Source: an uncultured Candidatus Saccharibacteria bacterium
Lineage (GTDB): Bacteria > Patescibacteriota > Minisyncoccia > Phycocordibacterales > JACOZG01
Assembly (NCBI GenBank): GCA_964651115.1
Contig: CAZYXJ010000001.1
Coordinates: forward strand, 42,273 to 106,272
Direction: 5' to 3'
Length of the DNA: 64,000 bases
Part shown: piece after piece, positions 1 to 9,402 of the stretch
Layout: each line of letters begins with the position of its first letter
How positions within the stretch are numbered: the first letter of the stretch is position 1
Made by a program: the position numbers and the translations under genes
The notes under the pieces: generated by a model
The model's input: the letters and a program-made list of their open reading frames with translations, nothing else
Databases searched by the model: none
What the model was told of the DNA's origin: nothing

Positions 1-519
1 TTCGGCATGGGCGCCGTCGGGCACGATTCCCACGCGCAGAAGCCATCGCGACATTGAGGTCATCCTGGCGCTGATTGGCAACCAGGTGAACCTCTTCGAA
101 CCATCGGCCGCGGTGGAAATGGAGAGCATTTTCTTGGCGTCTCGACCTTCGATGATGTAGGTTCGGGACGTATCAAGATTTTCCACCTGCCAGGAGGGGA
201 GCTTGAGGCGCTTGATGATCGCCGGCAGGTCTCGCAGGTCCTTGATCTCCACCCGGATCTGTCCGGTCTGGAGATTGGCATAGAGCGTGCGCCGCTGAGG
301 AATCGGGGTCCCTGTGGAATTTTCCCCTTTGACCACGAAGATGCCTTCGAAGTCTGCACGTTGTCCTTCGGGAATCCGGGCCAACGTTTCCGTCTTGTTC
401 TGAGCAACGTTTTCCTTGGTGACGAGGGAGACCTCCTCTTCGACCACGAGGGTGGTTGGAGGAGACGACCACAGGCTTGATGTGCTTAAAAGCACCGCCG
501 CCAACATTGTCCACTTCAT
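1..519 (-). CDS. secreted hypothetical protein (3' partial, runs off window start)
   Basis: Open minus-strand frame from ATG (cat at 517-519) to position 1 with no stop. The N-terminus MKWTMLAAVLLSTSSLWS is signal-peptide-like. The six-frame track lists only the shorter alternative frames (60..407, 173..685). Confidence 0.4.
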   Translation of the reverse strand, partial: MKWTMLAAVLLSTSSLWSSPPTTLVVEEEVSLVTKENVAQNKTETLARIPEGQRADFEGIFVVKGENSTGTPIPQRRTLYANLQTGQIRVEIKDLRDLPAIIKRLKLPSWQVENLDTSRTYIIEGRDAKKMLSISTAADGSKRFTWLPISARMTSMSRWLLRVGIVPDGAHAE

Positions 520-576
520 TGACAATTTTCCTTTCCGAGAGACTGGTCTCTCTTGAGAGTTCTTGTTTTGAGTTGG

Positions 577-1101
577 TTAGAATTTGACTTGATAGCAGGT
601 GTTGGTACACGGATCGCACACCAGCCCTGGGGAACTTGGGTCGCAGGGGAGACCTGCGCAAGTACACGTGCACCCTAGATAGCACTTTTTCCTTGGGCTG
701 GTGTGTTCAACGACGTGGTCAACAGTACAGCTGACCTGTGAACAGATACCGCCGACGGGTGTGCAGTACACATCGACGAGGTAAACTCCTGTGGGCTGAA
801 TGAATCCGCCGCCGCCTTCCCCGTTGGGAACCGGTGGCTCTGTCCCCAGTACGCAGTCTCGGCAATCTTGCTGCTGACAAGCATATAGCCAGTCGCAGTG
901 TGCCGTAAAGACGTAAGTCGTGCTCGACATACAAACGCCGAGGTTGCAAGGGCAAGCATTTCCGGCTTGGGGCGGGATCGACGGCGACCACGTTCCGCTC
1001 AGGGCACAGCACGAATCATCCGCTGCATACGCGGTCGTGGGGGACCAGATTCCCAATGTCATGGACCCGATTAGGGTCATGACGAACATCAACTGTCTCA
1101 T
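577..1101 (-). CDS. cysteine-rich secreted protein (about 23 Cys in about 145 mature residues)
   Basis: ORF track 174 aa. It has an N-terminal hydrophobic signal-like segment (MFVMTLIGSMTLGIWSPTTAYAADD) and dense Cys spacing (CC, CPC, CTCTC). No family recognised. Confidence 0.5.
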   Translation of the reverse strand: MRQLMFVMTLIGSMTLGIWSPTTAYAADDSCCALSGTWSPSIPPQAGNACPCNLGVCMSSTTYVFTAHCDWLYACQQQDCRDCVLGTEPPVPNGEGGGGFIQPTGVYLVDVYCTPVGGICSQVSCTVDHVVEHTSPRKKCYLGCTCTCAGLPCDPSSPGLVCDPCTNTCYQVKF

Positions 1102-1178
1102 TCATTTCTCCTTTTGTCTTTCAGGAAGTCCAAAAATCTTTCGAGTCAGATTACATCAGCCGCTAACCGCGTTGGCAA

Positions 1179-2159
1179 TTAGCGCCGGTTGGCATCAAGG
1201 ACGCTGGGCGCCTTGGTGGCCAGGTTGTTCTTGGTAGCCAGAGTTTGCGCCTTAGATCGCAGGTCGCTGACGGGGCGATAGACTCCAAAACCAACCGATC
1301 GATGGTGGTAGAAGGTGAAGTAATCCGAAGCCGTCTCCTTGATTACTCCGCGATGATCCGCGTGGATGATTGAGAAAGTGTCCTTTTCCTTCACGGCGAT
1401 ACCGACATGAGGAATTTCCAGCCACTTTCCCCACGAAGCTCTTTTGGGGTTCTGTCGCCACGAGATAAGAGTGACAATATCGCCGCTTTTGATCTTGCTG
1501 GCCGCTTCGGCGACGTGCTCTTTGGGCACGTAGTCGATGGTGACCTTTTTGTCGGGGGGACAGTTTTCCAGCGCGTTGGCGATAGCTTCCGCTTTTTGCC
1601 GGCCGAGTTCGTTATCGTTTTCGCCCGTTTCGGCATTGTATTGACCGATTTTTAGGCCGCGGAGCTCTGCGGCGTACCGGAGATTGGCCTGGTAAGAGGC
1701 CACTGGTACACTAAGATCGAGCGTCACCTTTTCCAGCAAGCCCGAATCGAGAATGTCCTCGACGAACGGGCTGTGCTTGATTGGGCCGAGATTCGTTACG
1801 GGGCAGCGCAAAGCTTGCGTGCTCACGTAGAACTCGTTCCAATCTTGGGCAACGGCCTGTCCGACACTGCGCAGGATGAGGGTGAGGCAGTCAGCCGTAC
1901 GATAATCGTACAGGCCGCTGCCTAGCTTAAAGCTCGTCTCCTTCTGTAGCATCGCCGTTTGGGCGATGCGTTCGCCGAGCGGGACGTCGGCGTCCTGTTG
2001 CCGCTTAAGCGGCAAGTAGTCCGCCACGTCCTGGGCTAACCAGTTCTTCATTCCCGCCTCTTCCGCTCGGGCCACGGCGGCCTGTTCGGCCGGCGTGATG
2101 GCCAGAGCGGCCACGCTCGTCAGGAGCGTGGCCAGTACGGCAATCCACAACTTCTTCAT
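1179..2159 (-). CDS. secreted hypothetical protein
   Basis: 326 aa ORF with signal peptide MKKLWIAVLATLLTSVAALAITPAEQ. No confident family assignment. Confidence 0.55.
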   Translation of the reverse strand: MKKLWIAVLATLLTSVAALAITPAEQAAVARAEEAGMKNWLAQDVADYLPLKRQQDADVPLGERIAQTAMLQKETSFKLGSGLYDYRTADCLTLILRSVGQAVAQDWNEFYVSTQALRCPVTNLGPIKHSPFVEDILDSGLLEKVTLDLSVPVASYQANLRYAAELRGLKIGQYNAETGENDNELGRQKAEAIANALENCPPDKKVTIDYVPKEHVAEAASKIKSGDIVTLISWRQNPKRASWGKWLEIPHVGIAVKEKDTFSIIHADHRGVIKETASDYFTFYHHRSVGFGVYRPVSDLRSKAQTLATKNNLATKAPSVLDANRR

Positions 2160-2342
2160 ACCTGTCTCCTTACCTTATTTGGAGTCTGTCATCTCCCCGA
2201 GCAGTACCATACTGCTCTTGCTGGGGCACTACTATTTACTGATTGAAATTGGCAAAGTCCAGTCCGTTGGGTAGTGTAAATTATGTAAACGAGTTCGTCA
2301 ATGGCAGTTGGGGAATGGGATTCGTGTGTTATAATGCGCCTC

Positions 2343-3284
2343 ATGAATACCAAAACAACGGCGCGGGATTTTTTCCTGCAACTGGGAGTGACGGTGACGC
2401 TCTACGTGAGTGCTGTCAGTTTGCTGACCTTGCTCTTCCAGATTATTAATTTAGCTTTTCCGGATGCGCTCGAGTCCCGTTATTACGTCGACCCATACTC
2501 CACGGGCATGCGCTGGGCGATTGCCTGCCTCTTTATCGTTTTTCCGCTCTACTTGGTGCTCTCGTGGTTGGCCAACCGTGATTATCGTCGGGAGCCAGCC
2601 AAGCGCGAGCTCGGCATCCGCAAGTGGCTCATCTTTTTTACGCTCTTCGTGGCGGGGGTGGCGCTGGCCGTCGATCTGATTACGCTCATTAACTACTTTT
2701 TGGGCGGCGAGATTACGATCCGCTTCGTGCTTAAAGTCTTGGCGGTACTGGTGGTGGCGGCCGTCATCTTTGCCTATTACTTGGTGGAGGTCCGGCGCGA
2801 GCAGGGGTGGTCGCGGAGCGCCAATCGTGCCTTTGCCTGGGTGGATGGCGCGGCGGTCCTCGGGGCGATCATTCTTGGCTTTGTGGTGATGGGTTCGCCC
2901 TTTACCGTCCGGCTGGGACGTTTTGATCAGCAAAAGGTTTATGATTTAGAAAATATCCAGTGGCAGGTGATTGACTACTACCAGCGCCAAGCGCATCTCC
3001 CAGCTGATTTGGCCGCTCTGACCGACTCGATCGGTGGCTGGAGCGCGCCGCTTGATCCCCAGACTGGCCAGCCGTACGACTACCGGATGGTAACGCCGCT
3101 CTCCTTTGAGCTCTGTGCGGACTTTAATCGTGAAAGCGCCCCAAGCCAAGACAAGAGCTTGACGCGGCCGATTGAGCCGACCTTCTCTAACTGGGAGCAC
3201 GCGGCGGGGCGGCAGTGCTTTGCTCGCGTCATTGATCCGGTCCGCTATCCAGTGAACAAACTCAATGGAGACGTACGATCATAA
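2343..3284 (+). CDS. multi-pass membrane protein, DUF5671-like
   Basis: Several hydrophobic helices. The N-terminus MNTKTTARDFFLQLGVTVTLYVSAVSLL resembles the DUF5671 family common in Patescibacteria. An extended -10 (TGTTATAAT at about 2327-2335) sits immediately upstream, so the start is probably the internal Met at 2343 and the mRNA may be leaderless. The ORF track starts at 2301. Confidence 0.5.
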   Translation: MNTKTTARDFFLQLGVTVTLYVSAVSLLTLLFQIINLAFPDALESRYYVDPYSTGMRWAIACLFIVFPLYLVLSWLANRDYRREPAKRELGIRKWLIFFTLFVAGVALAVDLITLINYFLGGEITIRFVLKVLAVLVVAAVIFAYYLVEVRREQGWSRSANRAFAWVDGAAVLGAIILGFVVMGSPFTVRLGRFDQQKVYDLENIQWQVIDYYQRQAHLPADLAALTDSIGGWSAPLDPQTGQPYDYRMVTPLSFELCADFNRESAPSQDKSLTRPIEPTFSNWEHAAGRQCFARVIDPVRYPVNKLNGDVRS

Positions 3285-5544
3285 AAAGATAGAGTCGAAG
3301 TGGCGCGCGGCTTGGCGGGAGGCGCGCGCTTGGGCCACCCCGGCGACGCTGGCTGGACCAAAGACTTACGTGCTCGACATGTTCCCTTACCCCTCAGGCG
3401 AGGGTCTGCACGTGGGCCATCCCAAGGGTTACATCGCCACCGACATTTATTCCCGCTGGCGGCGGATGTGTGGCGATGCCGTGCTCCATCCGATGGGCTG
3501 GGACGCCTTTGGTTTGCCAGCCGAGAACTACGCGCTTAAGAATCACGTTCACCCCCGGCAGGCCGTGGAAAAGAATATTGCTCGCTTTAAGGAACAACTT
3601 TCGCTCTTGGGTTTTGATTATGATTGGGAGCGGGAGATTAACACGACGGATCCGGAGTATTATCGCTGGACGCAATGGATCTTTCTTAAACTCTACGAGC
3701 GCGGTTTAGCGTACCAGTCGCATGAGCCGATCAATTGGTGCCCGTCCTGCCAGACTGGTTTGGCCAACGAAGATCTGGAGGATGGCAAGTGCGAGCGCTG
3801 TGGCAGTGTGGTGGAAAAGCGTCCACTCCGGCAGTGGGTGCTTAAGATTACCGATTACGCCGATCGGCTGCTGGCCGATCTGGAGCCACTCTGTTGGCCG
3901 GAGTCGATTAAAGAATCTCAGCGCCACTGGATTGGCCGGAGCGAGGGGGCCGAGTTTGATTTTGCGCTCGAGGGTCGGACGGAGAAGTTGACTGTTTTTA
4001 CCACGCGACCCGATACGCTCTATGGCGTGACCTTTGTGGCGATTGCGCCGGAACTGGCTCTTAAATTGGGCGCGGCGGGGGAAGTTAAAAGTTTTTCCGA
4101 GACGGAAGTGGCCCGCCGCGCGGCAGCTGGCTTTAAGGAGGATCCGGCCAAGCGGGGGCTGGATACCGGCTGGCGCGCGCAACATCCGGCGACGGGCGAG
4201 TCGGTGCCGGTGTGGGTGACGAATTATGTTTTGGCGGACGTGGGGACTGGCGCCGTTATGGGCGTCCCGATGCACGATGAGCGCGACTTTGAGTTTGCCC
4301 AAAAATACAATTTACCAAATTCTGAGGCCGCGCTAATTTCTGCGGATGAGGCGTTGCGAGTGGGGAGTGGTCGGGCGCGGGTGACGTATCGTCTCCGCGA
4401 TTGGGTGTTTTCGCGTCAGCGCTACTGGGGCGAGCCGATCCCAATGATCCATTGTGCTAAGTGCGGCACCGTGCCGGTGCCAGAAAAAGATTTGCCGGTG
4501 CGCTTGCCGGAGGTCGAGCGCTACGAGCCCACCGGCACTGGCGAGTCACCACTGGCGGCGATTACCGATTGGGTTAACACGACTTGTCCTACCTGCGGCG
4601 GCCCCGCCAAGCGCGAGACCAACACTATGCCGCAGTGGGCCGGCTCGAGCTGGTATTATTTGCGCTATCTTGATCCGCGAAATGATTCTGCACTGGTTGA
4701 TCCGGCGCGTGAGCAGTATTGGTCGCCGGTCGATGTGTATGTCGGCGGCGCCGAGCACGCCACACGTCACTTAATTTACGCGCGTTTTTGGCACAAATTT
4801 TTACACGATATTGGCGTGGTGAGCCGGACCGAACCTTTCCAGCGCCTCGAGCACGTGGGCCTGATCTTGGCCGAAGATGGTCGCAAGATGAGTAAGCGCT
4901 TTGGCAACGTCATTAACCCTGACGAAATCGTGGAGCGTTACGGCGCCGACACTTTGCGTTTGTACGAAATGTTTTTGGGGCCATTTAATCAGGCGGTGGC
5001 TTGGAGTACCGAAAGTATTATTGGCCCGCGCCGCTTTATTGAACGAGTGTGGCGTTTGGCTGGTGCTGTTGATCGGTCTGGCGAGGCGCCGCGGTGGACA
5101 GAACTTAATCGGGTGATTGAGAAGGTGGGCGCCGACATTGCGGCCTTTAAGTTTAATACGGCGATCTCCGCGCTGATGATTGCGGTGAGTGAGCTGGAGA
5201 CCTTGCCGGCCGTGGCTCAGGCGGATTTTGAGACTCTGCTTAAGCTCTTGGCGCCCTTTGCTCCTCACGTCACGGAGGAGTTGTGGCAGAGTTTGGGCCA
5301 CGCTGATTCGATACACCAAGCCGGTTGGCCCGCGGCTATGGCGGGGGAGTGGCAGGCGCGCGTCAAAATCGTCATCCAGGTTAATGGGGTCAAGCGGGGC
5401 GAACTAGAGCTCTCTGGCGACTATCTGGAAGCAGAGGTCGTCGCCCAAGCCCAGGTCTTGCCCGAGGTGGCTAAGTGGCTGGCGGGCCAGAGCGTCAAGC
5501 GGACGGTCTATAAGCCGGGCCGGTTAATCAACTTCGTGGTCTAA
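3265..5544 (+). CDS. leuS: leucyl-tRNA synthetase
   Basis: HIGH-type motif (PYPSGEGLHVGHPKGY), KMSKS motif (KMSKRFGNV) and the editing/CP1-like region. The WCPSCQT...CERCG zinc motif is typical of LeuRS. 759 aa. Confidence 0.93.
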   Translation: METYDHKKIESKWRAAWREARAWATPATLAGPKTYVLDMFPYPSGEGLHVGHPKGYIATDIYSRWRRMCGDAVLHPMGWDAFGLPAENYALKNHVHPRQAVEKNIARFKEQLSLLGFDYDWEREINTTDPEYYRWTQWIFLKLYERGLAYQSHEPINWCPSCQTGLANEDLEDGKCERCGSVVEKRPLRQWVLKITDYADRLLADLEPLCWPESIKESQRHWIGRSEGAEFDFALEGRTEKLTVFTTRPDTLYGVTFVAIAPELALKLGAAGEVKSFSETEVARRAAAGFKEDPAKRGLDTGWRAQHPATGESVPVWVTNYVLADVGTGAVMGVPMHDERDFEFAQKYNLPNSEAALISADEALRVGSGRARVTYRLRDWVFSRQRYWGEPIPMIHCAKCGTVPVPEKDLPVRLPEVERYEPTGTGESPLAAITDWVNTTCPTCGGPAKRETNTMPQWAGSSWYYLRYLDPRNDSALVDPAREQYWSPVDVYVGGAEHATRHLIYARFWHKFLHDIGVVSRTEPFQRLEHVGLILAEDGRKMSKRFGNVINPDEIVERYGADTLRLYEMFLGPFNQAVAWSTESIIGPRRFIERVWRLAGAVDRSGEAPRWTELNRVIEKVGADIAAFKFNTAISALMIAVSELETLPAVAQADFETLLKLLAPFAPHVTEELWQSLGHADSIHQAGWPAAMAGEWQARVKIVIQVNGVKRGELELSGDYLEAEVVAQAQVLPEVAKWLAGQSVKRTVYKPGRLINFVV

Positions 5545-5598
5545 TTCTTGACTGTTTACGGGGTATATGATACAAATAATTCAATAAATTAAACCAAT

Positions 5599-6633
5599 AT
5601 GGTCAAAGAAGTTATTACGTTTAAGCCGAAAAAGGTGGTCAAGGAGCTTTTGGCTGGCGTCCCAGAGCGGGCGCGTCATATTATTACCCTTCGTTATGGT
5701 CTAGAAGAGTCCGAGCGCCTGACGTTGGAGGCGATTGGTAAAATCTATTCGATTACCCGTGAGCGGGTGCGCCAGATCGAGGACTTTACTCTTAAGTCAA
5801 TCAAGAAATCTGGGGCCGTCGATACTCGTCGAGATGTTTTTCGCGAATTAGAGCTGGCGATGGAAGAGTACGGTGGAATTGTCCATGAGCGAGAATTTTT
5901 AGAATATGTTTCTCCCAAGGATGAGGTGGTACAAAATATTATCCACTTTTTGTTGGTGCTTGGTGACTCGTTCGATAAATTAAAGGAGGACGAATCTTTT
6001 CATCATCGCTGGACGACTGATCGAGATTTAGCTCACGCTATTCACGAGTCACTTAAAAATTTGTGCGTTCAGATCTCCGATAATGATTTGCTGAGCGAAG
6101 AAGAGTTGATTGCTTTGTTTAAGAAAAATTTGGTGGCCAAAATCGCGCCGGCCAAGGCCGAGAAGCATGGGCGCACCTGGCTCAATCTTTCTAAAGAAGT
6201 CGGTCAGAGCCCGATTGGCGAGTGGGGTTTAACCAAATCTCCCAACGTTAAGGTGCGTGGCATTCGTGACTATGCTTATTTAATTATGCGCAAGCATGGT
6301 TCGCCGATGCATTTTACCGAAGTGGCTAAGGCCATCGAGACCGCTTTTAAAAAGAAGGCTAATCCCGCTACTTGTCATAACGAGTTGATTAAGGACGAGC
6401 GTTTTGTGTTGGTTGGTCGCGGTATCTATGCTTTGGCCGAATGGGGTTACGCCAAGGGCGTGGTGCGCGATGTGATCCGCGCCGTTCTTAAGGCCAATGG
6501 CCCCCTAACCAAAGACGAAATTTTAGAGAAGGTGCTCAAGGAGCGTTACGTTAAGGAAAATACGATCATCGTCAATCTCAAAAATTCTAAACACTTTAAG
6601 CACGACAAAGCGGGACGTTATTCGACGGTTTAG
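5599..6633 (+). CDS. putative transcription regulator: sigma-70 region-4-like HTH plus C-terminal HARE-HTH domain
   Basis: The N-terminus LTLEAIGKIYSITRERVRQIE matches the sigma-70 region 4 HTH, but there is no region 2. The C-terminus (MHFTEVAKAIE...CHNELIKDERFVLVGRGIYALAEWGY) resembles HARE-HTH. The gene has lower GC than its flanks. Confidence 0.55.
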   Translation: MVKEVITFKPKKVVKELLAGVPERARHIITLRYGLEESERLTLEAIGKIYSITRERVRQIEDFTLKSIKKSGAVDTRRDVFRELELAMEEYGGIVHEREFLEYVSPKDEVVQNIIHFLLVLGDSFDKLKEDESFHHRWTTDRDLAHAIHESLKNLCVQISDNDLLSEEELIALFKKNLVAKIAPAKAEKHGRTWLNLSKEVGQSPIGEWGLTKSPNVKVRGIRDYAYLIMRKHGSPMHFTEVAKAIETAFKKKANPATCHNELIKDERFVLVGRGIYALAEWGYAKGVVRDVIRAVLKANGPLTKDEILEKVLKERYVKENTIIVNLKNSKHFKHDKAGRYSTV

Positions 6634-6674
6634 GGCTGGTCAGCTGGGGTGGTTCTTTACTATAATAAAACTAA

Positions 6675-7931
6675 ATGGACTGGAGTCTTTTTTGGTCAGC
6701 GTCACTCGGCTACTTGTTTGGCGTCATTTTGCGGAGTGCGGTAGTGTGGTTGCCGCTGACTCTGGCTTATTTGTGGTGGGTGTTGCGGCTAGACGCGCTT
6801 CGGATTAAGACCATTGCGAGCCAGCAGCCGGTGTTGCTTGAAGTTAAGCTCCCGAAAGAGATTTTAAAATCACCCCAGGCGATGGAGTTGGTGATTACTT
6901 CGCTCTCCTTTAGCGGCGCGGCGACTTATCTAGAAACTTATCTTAAGGGCAAGATTAAACCTTGGTCGTCTTTGGAGATTGTCTCGCTGGGCGGCGCGGT
7001 TAAATTTTATTTTTGGCTGCAGGATCCGGGCAAAAAAAACACGGTTGAGTCGCAGATTTATGCTCAGTATCCCGGAGTGGAAGTGCGCGAGGTGCCCGAT
7101 TACACGCTCGAAGCGTATGATCCTGAAAAATATAATATGTGGGCCGGACATTTTAAGTTGTCTAGTGATAATGTTTTGCCGATCAAAACCTACATTGATT
7201 ATGGTTTAGACAAAAATCCCAAGGAGGAGCACAAGGTTGATCCCATTACGGTCATGCTTGAGTATTTGGGTTCGTTGCGTCCTGGGGAGCAGTGCTGGAT
7301 CCAGATTCTTATCCAGGCTCACGGCAAAGAAGGACTGAAAGAAGGTCGGCTCTACGAAAAAGCGAGCTGGGTCAAAGCGGGTGAGAAAAAAATTGAAGAA
7401 ATTATCAAAAAAGCCACTCCGCCGGATGGTAAGGGTCCACCTAATTTGACTCCCGGTCAGCTCGACATTATTAAGGCCATCGAGCGCGACATCAGTAAAA
7501 TTCCTTTCGAAACAATGATTCGAGGTTTGTATATCGCCACCAAGGAGGCTTTTAATCCTTCTAATATTGGTGGAATGATTGGCACTTTTCGCCAGTATAA
7601 CGCGCCCAACCTCAATGGCTTTAAAATTGGTTGGAACAGTGATCACAAGGCTCTGGGCAAAGATTTGGTGACCTTGTTTGGTTTTATCCCGTGGTTTAAT
7701 AATCACATGGCTAAACGTAAACTCAAGCAGGAGCGCGCCCTGTTTGATGCCTATCGCAAGCGCTCTTTTTTCTACTGGCCGTACGCGGGCTTGGGCAAAG
7801 ACCAGTCTTTTATTATGAATACCGAAGAGTTGGCGACGATCTTTCATTTCCCTGGTCAGGTCGCGGGGACGCCAACTTTGACCAAGATTGAGTCTAAGCG
7901 CGCCGAGCCTCCGGTTAACTTGCCCATCTAG
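6675..7931 (+). CDS. hypothetical membrane-anchored protein
   Basis: 418 aa with an N-terminal TM segment followed by a large soluble domain. No recognised family. A TGGTCA-N18-TATAAT promoter-like sequence lies at about 6637-6666. It shares lower GC with the preceding gene. Confidence 0.5.
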   Translation: MDWSLFWSASLGYLFGVILRSAVVWLPLTLAYLWWVLRLDALRIKTIASQQPVLLEVKLPKEILKSPQAMELVITSLSFSGAATYLETYLKGKIKPWSSLEIVSLGGAVKFYFWLQDPGKKNTVESQIYAQYPGVEVREVPDYTLEAYDPEKYNMWAGHFKLSSDNVLPIKTYIDYGLDKNPKEEHKVDPITVMLEYLGSLRPGEQCWIQILIQAHGKEGLKEGRLYEKASWVKAGEKKIEEIIKKATPPDGKGPPNLTPGQLDIIKAIERDISKIPFETMIRGLYIATKEAFNPSNIGGMIGTFRQYNAPNLNGFKIGWNSDHKALGKDLVTLFGFIPWFNNHMAKRKLKQERALFDAYRKRSFFYWPYAGLGKDQSFIMNTEELATIFHFPGQVAGTPTLTKIESKRAEPPVNLPI

Positions 7932-7933
7932 TA

Positions 7934-8818
7934 ATGCTTTCGGGACGTTTTTTCTGGTGGTTGGTGGCGGTAGCTATTTTGGCTTTGGGAACAGTCGGGT
8001 TGATTTCTATCTTGCCGCCGGCGAACTTTCCCGTTAATCAGATTGTGACGGTGGCGCCTGGTAGCACGGTAATTGATTTGGCGAAAGAGCTTCGCGCGCG
8101 AGGAGTGGTGAGGAGCGCGCGCGTCTATTCTTATTTGGCGCGTCATTTTAGGGCCGGCGAACTTAAAGCCGGTTATTACGAATTCGAACGGCCTCTGCCC
8201 GTTTTTTCGGTGGTCGAGCGTTTCAATCAGGGTATTTTTACTTTTTCGCCCGTCAAGATCACGATCCCCGAAGGTTGGAGTAACGAGAAAATTGCCGAGC
8301 GCTTAGGTGAGCGTCTAAGCGGCTTTGATAAAGAGGAATTTTTGCGTTTGGCCGAACCCTGGTCAGGGCAACTCTTTCCCGATACTTACTTTTTCCCGCC
8401 CCACACTGACCCCGCCACGGCCGTCGCTATTTTGCAGGCCCAGTTTAAAAATCAAATGGTTGAGATCCTACCTAAAATCGAAGCCGCCGGTCGCACTTTG
8501 CCCGAGGTGCTTGGACTCGCCGCCTTGATTGAGGGCGAAGTGCCCGGGATCAAAGATCGCCGCTTGGTGGCTGGTATTTTGTGGAAGCGTTACGACACCG
8601 ATCACTTACTCCAAGTAGATGTGGCCACCAGCACTTACGAAACTTTGGGTTTACCGGCGCGGCCGATTGTTAATCCCGGCTTAGAGGCGATTGAGGCGAC
8701 GCTTGAGTTTACGGAGTCACCTTTTTGGTTTTATCTTTCCGATCAGGAGGGAGTGACGCGTTACGCTAAGACGTATGCTGAGCATCAAGCTAATATTGCT
8801 AAGTATTTGCGAGACTAG
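7934..8818 (+). CDS. mltG: endolytic murein transglycosylase MltG (YceG family)
   Basis: N-terminal TM segment plus YceG-like motifs (AGYYEF, GILWKRYDTDHLLQVD, TYETLGLPARPIVNPG). Confidence 0.8.
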   Translation: MLSGRFFWWLVAVAILALGTVGLISILPPANFPVNQIVTVAPGSTVIDLAKELRARGVVRSARVYSYLARHFRAGELKAGYYEFERPLPVFSVVERFNQGIFTFSPVKITIPEGWSNEKIAERLGERLSGFDKEEFLRLAEPWSGQLFPDTYFFPPHTDPATAVAILQAQFKNQMVEILPKIEAAGRTLPEVLGLAALIEGEVPGIKDRRLVAGILWKRYDTDHLLQVDVATSTYETLGLPARPIVNPGLEAIEATLEFTESPFWFYLSDQEGVTRYAKTYAEHQANIAKYLRD

Positions 8819-8835
8819 TGGTCACGCCGTATAAT
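8807..8835 (+). promoter_or_regulatory. sigma70-like promoter TTGCGA-N17-TATAAT
   Basis: TTGCGA at about 8807-8812, a 17 nt spacer and TATAAT at about 8830-8835, about 10 nt before the ATG of the exonuclease gene. Confidence 0.4.
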
Positions 8836-8844
8836 TGGTGATCT

Positions 8845-9399
8845 ATGAAAAAACACAATCTGGCTTTTATTGATGTTGAGACCACGGGCCTTGATCCTGA
8901 TCGTCACGAGATAATCGAAATTGGCTGTATTGTGGCGAAGCAAGTTCCGAGCGGCAACGGTCGGGGAGCGACCTTAGAAATTTTGGAAGAATTTGAAAGC
9001 AAGGTTAAACCCGAACATTTAGAAACGGCCGAGCCCGAGGCGCTCCGCGTTAATGGTTACAATAGCGGCGATTGGCTCTTTGCCCCCGATTTAACTCAGG
9101 TAATGAAAACGGTGGCCGAGATTACGCCTGGCGCCAACATCATCGGGCAGAATGTTTTTTTTGATTGGCAGTTCGTGGATCGCGCTTTTAAAAAAACGGG
9201 GGTGCCAAATCGGATGCATTATCATCGCCTGGATTTGATGTCGATGGTCTTCGCCAAATGCTACCACGATGAGCGTCTCCAGCGCTTTAATCTCGGATCA
9301 CTTTGCGAATATTTTGGTGTTAAAAATGACGCCGCTCACACGGCTTTGGCCGACATCCGCGCGACGGTTGAAGTTTATAAGAAGTTGTTAGAGATTTAA
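8845..9399 (+). CDS. DEDDh 3'-5' exonuclease (DnaQ/epsilon-like)
   Basis: Exo I motif FIDVETTGLD, and a C-terminal H...D motif (HTALADIRATVEVY). Confidence 0.75.
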   Translation: MKKHNLAFIDVETTGLDPDRHEIIEIGCIVAKQVPSGNGRGATLEILEEFESKVKPEHLETAEPEALRVNGYNSGDWLFAPDLTQVMKTVAEITPGANIIGQNVFFDWQFVDRAFKKTGVPNRMHYHRLDLMSMVFAKCYHDERLQRFNLGSLCEYFGVKNDAAHTALADIRATVEVYKKLLEI

Positions 9400-9402
9400 T
9401 TT

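Noticed and set aside
60-685. ORF-track ORFs 60..407 (-) and 173..685 (-) at the window start
   Set aside because: Their translations are Arg/Pro/Gly-rich with no signal or domain features. A third minus-strand frame, open from 519 to the window edge, begins with a clean signal peptide and is the better coding candidate.
3706-4302. 198 aa minus-strand ORF inside leuS (and similar antisense ORFs, for example 13734..14210 in alaS, 26312..26743, 55637..56041 and 23846..24286)
   Set aside because: These are antisense to strongly supported conserved genes. Their Arg/Gly/Pro-rich composition is typical of spurious ORFs on the complement of high-GC coding sequence.
5548-5577. Putative promoter upstream of the sigma-r4/HARE-HTH gene (TTGACT ... 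TATATGAT/TACAAAT)
   Set aside because: The spacing to any good -10 hexamer is 12 or 17 nt, with only partial -10 matches, so it is not reported as a feature.
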